A stretch of 22,835 nt of DNA, from assembly GCA_038248345.1 (NCBI GenBank), contig JBBRXO010000041.1:1-22835 (forward strand), given 5' to 3'. Of this stretch, positions 9,302 through 17,079 are shown piece by piece (positions within the stretch are counted from its first letter, which is position 1; the number at the start of each line of letters is the position of its first letter). The translations under genes and the position numbers were made by a program. The notes below the pieces were generated by a model. That model worked only from the letters and a program-made list of their open reading frames with translations, searched no databases and was not told the origin of the DNA. The stretch is from Armatimonadota bacterium (GTDB lineage: Bacteria; Armatimonadota; Hebobacteria; CAIYQO01).

Positions 9302-10900
9302 CTACATGGTTAATTCCGGGTGCTCCACGCCATTGGTGATCTTCTCACCTTTTTTGAAGGTGACATTGCCACGGGAGGCCGGGTAGTCGAGCTGCTTCCC
9401 ATCCAGCAATTCTTCAATTGTCAGAATCTGCAGGCGCGGGTGGCGACTCCCCCAGGGGGAATCGTAGAACCCGGCGCTGGCGATCTCGGAGCGCATCGGC
9501 TTGGTGGGGGATTCCATGGTGATCAGCACGCCGATCTCCGCTTTCTCGCGCGTGAGGACGCCGGAGATGTCACGTATCTGTGAGACGGTGACATGGCCAG
9601 CTTTCACTGAGATAATTACCTTCTTGGTTTTCCCGCTCCCATTCTCATCATGGAAATACAGCACACCATCAATGCCTTTGTCCGCTCCCTTCTTTTTCTC
9701 CGTGGGGCGCGCCCCCACCAGCCCGAGCGCCCACCATTGAAACTGGTACGGATCGCTGGCGGCCAGCGTTTGTGCATCGGGGAGAGAGACCGGCTCCCCC
9801 AATACCTGAAAGGGCAACTCTTTGCCGAAAGCATCCCAGAGGCGATGTTTCATCAGGGTGACTGCCAGATGGGTGATGTCGATACCTATCCATTTTCGCT
9901 CCATCTTCTGTGCCGCCACCACCGCCGTGCCACAACCACAGAAAGGATCGAGAATAACGTCGCCGGGATTAGAGGAAGCGGCGATTATCCGCTCCAGCAG
10001 GGCGAGTGGTTTTTGCGTGGGATACCCCAGTCGCTCCTGCGCGCGGGAATTTACGGGGGATATATCAATCCAGATATCCTGCGCCGCCATCCCCGGCATC
10101 TCATCCAGATAGCGGACGTATTCCGCCGTCTCGTTCCGGGTGTAGCGTACTCTCCCTGCGGCATCCAGCTTCTGCATGGTCTCAATCGGGCAACGCCAGA
10201 TACGCTTGACTCCGTGCCATTCGTACTCATACCCACCTCCACTAAGGCCTGCGGCGGTCAAGTTATCTGTTCGGTATCTACGCCCACCTTCATCAAGGTA
10301 ACGATAATGCGAATCGAGATATTCCGCATCATAAGGTAGATACTGCTTGGCGTGGTGAAACTCTGGCCCCTTGGTGTAGTACAGGATGACATCGTGCGCT
10401 TTGCCGAAGACGCGTGAATCGCTGTGCGCACTGGTGCGTTTCCAGGATATCTCGTTGCGGTAATTCACCACCCCGAACACTGCATCCATCAGCAATTTCA
10501 GGTAATGGCTGGCGGTGGGGTCGCAATGCAGATAGATACTCGCGGTCGGTTTCATCACCCGCTTCAATGCCACCAGCCGTGGAGCCATCATCGTCAGGTA
10601 GGCGAGCAGCATATTCTCGCCGAGGAAAGTGCGGAATGCCTGCAACGCGAGCGATACCGGCCCGCCTTTCTCTACCGTCTCCTGGTACGTTAATGCAGCG
10701 GCCTGATCCCAGCGCCAGGTGTCGTCAAAGGCTTTGATCTGCGCCGCCGCCTGCTTGCCATCCTGCTCGCCAAAGAGCACGTTATAGGTGGCATTGCTGT
10801 TAAACGGTGGGTCCAAATACACCAGATCCACCGTCTCATCTTTGATATATTGCTGCAGGACATCCAGATTATCGCCGTAATATAGTGTATTGGTATCCAT
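9302..10900 (-). CDS. Beta-class N6-adenine/N4-cytosine DNA methyltransferase fused to a C-terminal Mrr-like endonuclease domain
   Basis: YGDNL, YLDPPF (motif IV), YPTQKP and LDPFCGCGT (motif I). The C-terminal region has FQWWA...ADKGIDG...IISVKAG...IRD, a PD-(D/E)xK-like Mrr pattern. Confidence 0.88.
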   Translation of the reverse strand: MDTNTLYYGDNLDVLQQYIKDETVDLVYLDPPFNSNATYNVLFGEQDGKQAAAQIKAFDDTWRWDQAAALTYQETVEKGGPVSLALQAFRTFLGENMLLAYLTMMAPRLVALKRVMKPTASIYLHCDPTASHYLKLLMDAVFGVVNYRNEISWKRTSAHSDSRVFGKAHDVILYYTKGPEFHHAKQYLPYDAEYLDSHYRYLDEGGRRYRTDNLTAAGLSGGGYEYEWHGVKRIWRCPIETMQKLDAAGRVRYTRNETAEYVRYLDEMPGMAAQDIWIDISPVNSRAQERLGYPTQKPLALLERIIAASSNPGDVILDPFCGCGTAVVAAQKMERKWIGIDITHLAVTLMKHRLWDAFGKELPFQVLGEPVSLPDAQTLAASDPYQFQWWALGLVGARPTEKKKGADKGIDGVLYFHDENGSGKTKKVIISVKAGHVTVSQIRDISGVLTREKAEIGVLITMESPTKPMRSEIASAGFYDSPWGSRHPRLQILTIEELLDGKQLDYPASRGNVTFKKGEKITNGVEHPELTM

Positions 10901-10906
10901 GGCAGT

Positions 10907-10915
10907 ATTATATCA
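10907..10915 (-). promoter_or_regulatory. Extended -10 promoter, probably leaderless methyltransferase transcript
   Basis: Minus strand TGA-TATAAT-ACTGCC-ATG, with no SD between the -10 and the start. Confidence 0.6.
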
Positions 10916-10925
10916 CCTTCTCCGG

Positions 10926-11600
10926 CTAGAAACTATTCGCCACCCGCACCAGTATTTCACGATTGCAGGCGGAGGCCTCGCTCGGGTGGGGCGGTTTTTC
11001 CAGGGTGCGCTCTATGTATGGGCGGGCATACTCCAGCTCGGCACGGGCGGCAGGGATTTGAATATCCAGCAACGTCAGCAATGTGTAATAATAAGAGAAG
11101 CTGTTCCATCGCCCGTTGCTGTCGCGTTGCTCGCGCAGGAAGCCTATTCCGCTGGCGAAGATCTCCTCGGCGTCCGGCAAACCAGCTACTAGCAGGTGCC
11201 GCCACAAAGAGACGGAACAACGCCCGCAGCAGTGTATTCCCAGCAGTTCATCCGTGGTGGCCAGCTGGTGCATTATAGCCGTGGTCTCTGCCACCGCCTG
11301 CTTGCCTTTGGCCGTCTGTGGCCGCAGCAGTATCATAGCCCGTGCGGCTTCCTCGCCCAATATGTGTGCCTTGCTTACAGTAGCGGTGATAGTTTCGCCG
11401 GTATAAAGCTTCATTGGCTGGGCAAAGTCCGCCTCGGTAGGGGCGTAGAGGCCACGGTAGGCCCCGCGTGCCCAGTGCCGCTCCGTCAGCCACGCCTCCG
11501 CCTCATCGCGCACGAAGCCCGACAGCTGCTTGCCATTAAAATCTAAATCCTGCAACGTATTAAGCGTCGCCGCCAGACTTTTGCGATTTACTATGCTCAT
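10926..11600 (-). CDS. Hypothetical protein (224 aa, probably helical, with a CCGRC motif)
   Basis: Long ORF with SD AGGGAG, 14 nt downstream of hisI. No recognisable catalytic motif. Confidence 0.75.
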   Translation of the reverse strand: MSIVNRKSLAATLNTLQDLDFNGKQLSGFVRDEAEAWLTERHWARGAYRGLYAPTEADFAQPMKLYTGETITATVSKAHILGEEAARAMILLRPQTAKGKQAVAETTAIMHQLATTDELLGIHCCGRCSVSLWRHLLVAGLPDAEEIFASGIGFLREQRDSNGRWNSFSYYYTLLTLLDIQIPAARAELEYARPYIERTLEKPPHPSEASACNREILVRVANSF

Positions 11601-11614
11601 GAGTCTCCCTTGAA

Positions 11615-12022
11615 TTATTTATGGTATACCGAATCCGCATCAAAAATGGGATCGGCGGCGAAGGTTATCTGGCCGTCCTCGATTTTGCGGTAGAAACAAC
11701 TGTAGTAGCCGGTGTGGCACGCGCCGCCGGTCTGCTCTACCTTCATCACGATACAGTCTAGATCACAATCCACGCGCAGCTCCAGCACGCGCTGGCGGTG
11801 GCCGCTGCTCTCGCCTTTGCGCCACATCGTCTGGCGGCTGCGGCTATAGAAGGTGCCATAGCCGGTCTCGATAGTCTCGGCCAGTGCCTGCCGGTTCATG
11901 TAGGCCACCATCAGCACCTCGCCTTTGGCGTCCTGCACCACCGCGGGGATCAACCCCGCTGCATCCCATTTGAACCCCTCAATATCCAGCGCCATCTCAC
12001 CTTCATACGGTTTCATCAACAT
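11615..12022 (-). CDS. hisI: Phosphoribosyl-AMP cyclohydrolase
   Basis: GLIPAVVQD, VLMVAYMN, YSRSRQTMWRKGESSGH, DCDLD and ACHTGYYSCF. Extended -10 TGTTATAAT at 12055-12047. Confidence 0.95.
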   Translation of the reverse strand: MLMKPYEGEMALDIEGFKWDAAGLIPAVVQDAKGEVLMVAYMNRQALAETIETGYGTFYSRSRQTMWRKGESSGHRQRVLELRVDCDLDCIVMKVEQTGGACHTGYYSCFYRKIEDGQITFAADPIFDADSVYHK

Positions 12023-12115
12023 CTACCTCTCTCTTTGGTTAGGAGAATTATAACATATTGCGGGGGTGAGGTTCTATGATTGCTGGGGTATCTTTTTTAC
12101 CTAACGGGAGACTTC

Positions 12116-13082
12116 ATGAACCTACGCGCCGTAGCAATAGGGATAGCGGGCGGATTGCTTATCGGTGCAGCGGTAATTGCACTTCGCGGGCCACTCCATT
12201 CCAATATCGAGCCGGTACCGCTGGCCGAGGATCGCGGGCAGATCACCCGGGTAGTGATGCAATATCAGCCCAATGCCGGCCCGCTGGTCATACCTATTTA
12301 TCAGCAATTCCTCGCGGTGCTGAACAAAGACGTGGATATCGTCTGGGTTGTGGGGCAGCAACCTGACATTGATGACCTGAAGACACGCCTGGGCGCTGGA
12401 TGTGCCCAAACTCTTCGCCGCGCGTGACACTCTGGTCGATTTCGACGGCGGTGACTTCCTCGCTACCACCGACTACCTCTTCGCTGGTCCCACAATCATC
12501 GAGAAGAACTCGCCCGAGGAAGTAGGCGCGACCTTCAAAACGCTGGCCGCGCTCACCGAGCATCTGAGCCAGAAGCTGAACAGCAAAATCAACTGGCTGG
12601 GCGAAGACCCCAAGCTGTCACCTCCCCACCACATCGGCATGTTCCTCACTGTCATGGGCAATAAAGCCGCAGTGGGCGAGCTACGACTGGCAGACGAGGT
12701 AGTAGCAAAGCACCCGGATGTTCTTGACGTGCTGCAACCGGCGAAGGGCGCGGCCACCCCGGAGTTCCGTGCTGACCTCACCACCCGGCTGGACAATATC
12801 GCCCGTCAGATGAAGGCGTTGGGCTACACGGTGGAGCGCGTGCCACTGCTCCCCTCCGCCACCACCCGCGCGTGGATGAGCTACAACAATGGCATCGTGG
12901 AGACGCGCAACGGCGAGACCATCTTCTACATGCCCACCTTCGGCGCTTCCGCCCTCGACGAAGCCGGCGCCGAAGCCTTCCGCAGCAAAATGGGTTGTAA
13001 AGTCATCCCGGTGGATTGCAGCACCATCTGGCAACTTGGCGGCTCGCTGCATTGCCTGGTGAACGTGGTGGAGCGGAAATAA
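12116..13082 (+). pseudogene. Membrane-anchored or secreted pentein (agmatine/peptidyl-arginine deiminase-like) protein, split by a frameshift near 12390-12402
   Basis: 5' part (ATG 12116, SD GGGAG, N-terminal hydrophobic helix) ends at 12427. 3' part, in the +1 frame, carries FDGGD, HHIGMF, SYNN and GGSLHCL (catalytic Cys motif). Confidence 0.7.
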
Positions 13083-13084
13083 CA

Positions 13085-13502
13085 CCGTAGCATGGGCGTC
13101 CCCCTGGGAACGCGGGCGCCCCACCTGCCCTTACATTTTTTTTCAACACAGAGGGCACAGAGAGCACAGAGAAGATAAAAGGGCTTATTCGCCCGTTTCA
13201 AGCCCCATTCATGGGGCAAATTACGATAGCCCCGGTATTTATGCCGGGGGATAGGCCGCAACGTCCACCATCATCCTGCTGTATCAACCGGGGCACTCGC
13301 GGCATGGGCGTCCTCGCCCATGAGAACGGGGTTGCGGCTCTTAGCGCCACCCCCTGAAGAAGGTGGTTAACAACGGCAAGCACGCCAAAGCGCGCTATTG
13401 TTCGGGCCTGAAAAGTCCGCGAAGGCGGACGACCGGCGCGAAGCGTCCTGCAGCCGGGATTTCAATCCCAGCGAAAACTACAGACGCCTGCGTTCCCAGG
13501 GG
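13085..13502. repeat. REP-like mosaic cluster B
   Basis: Truncated R3 13085-13102, degenerate R1 13103-13130, R5 ACACAGAGGGCACAGAGAGCACAGAG 13146-13171, two-hairpin unit 13200-13249, R3 13298-13333, element L 13347-13473, inverted partial R1 13482-13502. Confidence 0.88.
13347..13473 (+). mobile_element. Element L copy 1 (~125-bp four-hairpin non-autonomous repeat)
   Basis: Near-identical reverse-complement copies at 15165-15325 and 17634-17755. Mobility is inferred, not shown. Confidence 0.65.
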
Positions 13503-13509
13503 ATTCCCT

Positions 13510-15087
13510 TCAGGCGCGCTCTGCAATCCCCTCGCGCACTACTTTCAGCAACGCGTCTATGGTGAAGGGTTTGAGCAGAAAGCGGGTACCAACCTCCAAT
13601 GTACCCTCGGGGGTGAGGATGTCCGTGCTGAAGCCGGACATATAGACCACTGGTAGTCCGGGGCAATGTTTGATTATTTTCTGGGCGGTCTGACGGCCAT
13701 TCAGCTTTTTCATAACCATATCGGTGAGGAAGAGGTTGATGCTTCCCTCATGTTCAACAGCCATGCGCACTGCCGCTTCGCCACAATCCGCGAGGATGAC
13801 GGTGTAGCCGTGATTCCTAAGGATATCCCCCACCAGCACGCGCACCGATTCTGCGTCTTCCGCCACCAGGATCGTTTCGCCAATTCCATTGGAGGTGGGG
13901 GTTAATATCGCCGTCTGCGGTGGCGATAGCTGGCGCTCTGTGCAGGGTAGCTCAATGTGGAAAGTCGTGCCCACGCCAACGGCACTCGTCACAGTGATCT
14001 GCCCACGATGTTGCTGCAATATGCCGTAAACGGTGGCCAGCCCCAGCCCGGTTCCTTCATTGTCACCCTTAGTGGTAAAAAACGGCTCGAAGATACAGGG
14101 CAGCGTTTCCGAGTCGATGCCGATACCGGTGTCGCTGACGCTTATTTGTGCGGTGTTTTTCTCCCCAACATGAGTAGCCACGGTGAAAGCTCCGCCACAC
14201 ACCATGGCATCGCGGGCGTTAACCGCCAGGTTCATCAGCACTTGCCCCAGTTGCGTGGCATCAGCCACAATATTCCCCACCTGCGGGTCGAGTTCCAACT
14301 GCAGGTGGATGCCTTTGCCGAGGAGTAATTTCATCACATCGGCGAAGTCCGTAATCACTTTATTGGGATCAACCACCTGCATATTCAGCACCTGCTTGCT
14401 ACCGAAAGCCACCAGATGCCGCACCAGTTGTGCCGCATGATTCGCCGCCTTGTAGATATGCTCACAGGCCATTTTAACCTCGGGATCATCTTTTTCGCGG
14501 GACATCAGATACTCGCTGAAGCCCATAATCGGCGTAAGCAGGTTGTTGAAATCGTGCGCTACGCCCCCAGCCATCCGGCCGATCAACTCCTGCCGTTGTG
14601 TCTGGCGCAACTGGTCTTCCAACTCGGTTTTTTCCTTTTCGACGGCAACATACTCGGTGATATCCTGGATCACCCCCTGGTAATGGGTAATATTCCCTTT
14701 GGCATCGAAGGCGGCGCTGGTGCAGTCGATTATCCACCGCTCATCGCCGGCTTTGGTGAAAATACGGTAGGTGTGGGTAAATTCCGGAGCTTTAATCTCA
14801 AAGAGATGCTCCACCGCTTTCTCCAACCAGGTGGCGTCGTCCGGGTGTGTCATCTCAACCCAGGTCACCTTGCCGCTATATATCTCCTCGGTAGTGTAAC
14901 CCCACCGATTCACGTTCTCCGAAACAAATTCAACGGGCCATCCCTCGGTGATCCTCCAGATGAAGATCACCACATTGCTATGGTTGATAGCATCGATCAG
15001 CGGGGTGACTTTACGGGCCTCGGTGTCAACACCAGGCGCCCAATCTGCACCGACTACCGTCGGCTCCATATCCTCTGTTCCTGCCAT
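13510..15087 (-). CDS. Cytoplasmic hybrid sensor histidine kinase (PAS-HisKA-HATPase-REC, CckA-like architecture)
   Basis: PAS (THPDD), H-box GGVAHDFNNLL, N-box NLAVNARDAM, DTGIGI, FEPFFTTK, GTGLGL, and a receiver domain (VAED, LTDMVM, MSG, KPF). SD GAGGAG. Confidence 0.93.
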   Translation of the reverse strand: MAGTEDMEPTVVGADWAPGVDTEARKVTPLIDAINHSNVVIFIWRITEGWPVEFVSENVNRWGYTTEEIYSGKVTWVEMTHPDDATWLEKAVEHLFEIKAPEFTHTYRIFTKAGDERWIIDCTSAAFDAKGNITHYQGVIQDITEYVAVEKEKTELEDQLRQTQRQELIGRMAGGVAHDFNNLLTPIMGFSEYLMSREKDDPEVKMACEHIYKAANHAAQLVRHLVAFGSKQVLNMQVVDPNKVITDFADVMKLLLGKGIHLQLELDPQVGNIVADATQLGQVLMNLAVNARDAMVCGGAFTVATHVGEKNTAQISVSDTGIGIDSETLPCIFEPFFTTKGDNEGTGLGLATVYGILQQHRGQITVTSAVGVGTTFHIELPCTERQLSPPQTAILTPTSNGIGETILVAEDAESVRVLVGDILRNHGYTVILADCGEAAVRMAVEHEGSINLFLTDMVMKKLNGRQTAQKIIKHCPGLPVVYMSGFSTDILTPEGTLEVGTRFLLKPFTIDALLKVVREGIAERA

Positions 15088-15126
15088 GGATACTCCTCAA
15101 TGTATAATTTTGTATAGTATATCATG

Positions 15127-15155
15127 AAGATACCACTGTTTGTCTTGTTTTGCAA
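15127..15155 (-). promoter_or_regulatory. Putative promoter for the hybrid kinase
   Basis: Minus strand TTGCAA, 17 nt ending in TGG, then TATCTT. Confidence 0.55.
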
Positions 15156-15164
15156 TATGCTTTC

Positions 15165-15477
15165 CGCTGGGATTGAAATCCCGGCTGCAGGGCGCTTCCT
15201 CCTTCGCCATCCTGGCTACGGCGGACAGAGACGCGCCAGTCGTCCACCTGCGCGGACTTTTTCGGCCCTAACTATAGCGCGCTTCAGCGTGCTTGCCGTT
15301 GTTAGCCACCTCCTTCAAGGGGTGGTAAAGAGATTCTCATGGGCGGGACGCCCATGCTACGGGCAGGCGAGACGCCTGCGTTCCCAGGTATACCCACATT
15401 CCCTTCCTTCTCTGTGCTCTCGGTGCCCTCTCTGTTTTTTTTCCCTCTTCGTGTCTTCGTGCCTTCGTGGTTCACCT
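15165..15477. repeat. REP-like mosaic cluster C (inverted relative to B and D)
   Basis: Element L copy 2 15165-15325 with a 34-bp insert, R3(-) 15334-15362, R1(-) 15361-15388, R5(-) about 15408-15435, R4(-) about 15445-15477. Confidence 0.88.
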
Positions 15478-15499
15478 AATAATCTGTTATAATACCCAA

Positions 15500-16357
15500 A
15501 TGGAGAATACGCTGATGACGATGATTGAATTTACGAAGATGCATGGGCTGGGCAATGACTTTATTGTGGTTGATTGCCTGCGCGGGGATAATACTGTGGA
15601 GCTGGTGGCGGCCACGGTGCGGCTGTGCGACCGGCATCGGGGCGTGGGCGCCGACGGGCTGATAATGGTGCTGCCTGCCACGGATGCGGACTTCCGTATG
15701 CGTATCATCAACAGCGACGGCAGCGAGCCGGAGATGTGCGGCAACGGCATCCGCTGCTTCGCAAAATTCCTCTACGATACCGGGCTGACCACCAAAACCA
15801 CGCTGACTATCGCCACGCTGGCCGGGATGATCGGCGCGGAGCTGACTGTCACCGACGGCAAAGTGAGTGCCGTGCGTGTGGATATGGGCGTGCCGCGGCT
15901 GGAGCGTACGGAGATCCCCATGCTCGGTGCACCGGGGCAGGTGGTGGATGAGCCGCTGACGGTGGACGGCCGCACCTTCGCGATAACCGCCGTGAGTATG
16001 GGCAATCCGCACGCCATTACCTTTGTGGAGGATGTCGAGCGTTTCCCACTGGAGCAGTACGGCCCGCTGGTGGAGAATCATCCGTCCTTCCCGCGCAAGA
16101 CTAACGCGGAATTTGTCGAGGTGATCTCCCCGACGCACCTGCGCATGCGCGTGTGGGAGCGCGGTGCCGGCATCACCCAGGCCTGCGGCACGGGAGCGTG
16201 CGCCACGCTGGTGGCCGCGGTGCTCACCGGGCGCGCGGAGCGTACCGCCACCGTGGAGCTGCCCGGCGGCCCGCTGCATATCAGCTGGGGCGCAGATGAG
16301 CGCATCTACATGACTGGCCCCGCCGTCACCGCCTTCACCGGCAGAGTGAGTATCTGA
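15500..16357 (+). CDS. dapF: Diaminopimelate epimerase
   Basis: KMHGLGNDF, GVGADG, NSDGSEPEMCGNGIRC, MGNPH and ERGAGITQACGTGACA. Start is either 15500 (6 nt after TGTTATAAT) or 15515/15521 (GGAG SD). Confidence 0.96.
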   Translation: MENTLMTMIEFTKMHGLGNDFIVVDCLRGDNTVELVAATVRLCDRHRGVGADGLIMVLPATDADFRMRIINSDGSEPEMCGNGIRCFAKFLYDTGLTTKTTLTIATLAGMIGAELTVTDGKVSAVRVDMGVPRLERTEIPMLGAPGQVVDEPLTVDGRTFAITAVSMGNPHAITFVEDVERFPLEQYGPLVENHPSFPRKTNAEFVEVISPTHLRMRVWERGAGITQACGTGACATLVAAVLTGRAERTATVELPGGPLHISWGADERIYMTGPAVTAFTGRVSI

Positions 16358-16863
16358 TGCCCTACTGGGATTTGTCAGATGAAGAGCTGCTGAAACAGTG
16401 CGACTGGAAGGCCGGGCGCGCCAGCGGGCGCGGCGGGCAGAAGCGCAACAAAACGCACTCCGCCATCCGCATGGTGCACCTGCCCACCGGCGTGGCCGCC
16501 ATCGCCAACGAGCACCGCCTGCAGGGGGAAAACCGCACGCTGGCCATGGATCGCCTGCGCCACGCGCTGATGCTCAATGACCGTCGCGAGATCGACATCG
16601 AGACCTTCCAGGTGCCGCATGAGGTGCAGGAGCAACTGAACAACAAAGGCAAACTGAAGGTGAACCCGCGCAACCCGCGCTACCTGCAGATAATCGCCAC
16701 CGTGCTGGATCTGCTGGTAGCTTATGAAGGCCACGTCAGTGGCGCCGCCGACCGCCTGGGCATCAGCACCACCAACTTCATCAACCTGCTGCAGGACGAC
16801 CCCAAAGTCTGGACAGTGGCGCAACAGTTACGCGTGAAATACGGGCTGTCGCCGTTGAAGTGA
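16357..16863 (+). CDS. Peptide chain release factor-like protein (RF-1/GGQ domain plus C-terminal helical domain)
   Basis: RASGRGGQKRNKTHSAIRMVHLPTG...RLQGENR matches the class I RF hydrolase domain. TGATG overlap with dapF. Confidence 0.85.
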   Translation: MPYWDLSDEELLKQCDWKAGRASGRGGQKRNKTHSAIRMVHLPTGVAAIANEHRLQGENRTLAMDRLRHALMLNDRREIDIETFQVPHEVQEQLNNKGKLKVNPRNPRYLQIIATVLDLLVAYEGHVSGAADRLGISTTNFINLLQDDPKVWTVAQQLRVKYGLSPLK

Positions 16864-16865
16864 TT

Positions 16866-17031
16866 CCTGGGTGCGCAGGCGTCCCGCCTGCCCGTAGAAA
16901 ACGAGCGAGAAAAACCACGAAGGCACGAAGGCACGAAGAGAGAAAAAGGAAGAGTCCATCGGGTATCCCTGGGAACGCAGGCGTCCCGCCTGCCGTGGCA
17001 TGGGCGTCCCGCCCATGAAACGGGGTTGCAA
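16866..17031. repeat. REP-like mosaic cluster D
   Basis: R1 16866-16893, R4 AACCACGAAGGCACGAAGGCACGAAG 16913-16938, R1 16968-16994, R3 16993-17027. Confidence 0.88.
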
Positions 17032-17079
17032 TTCCTAACACCACGCGCACAACGAAATATGTGATTAAGAGGAACTACA

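Noticed and set aside
12380..12430. Programmed ribosomal frameshift
   Set aside because: No slippery run or stimulatory structure is seen, and a conserved motif appears to be missing, which fits a deletion better.
15101..15116. TGTATA direct repeat (10-bp period) as a regulator site in the kinase leader
   Set aside because: Too short in an AT-rich stretch to support without comparative data.
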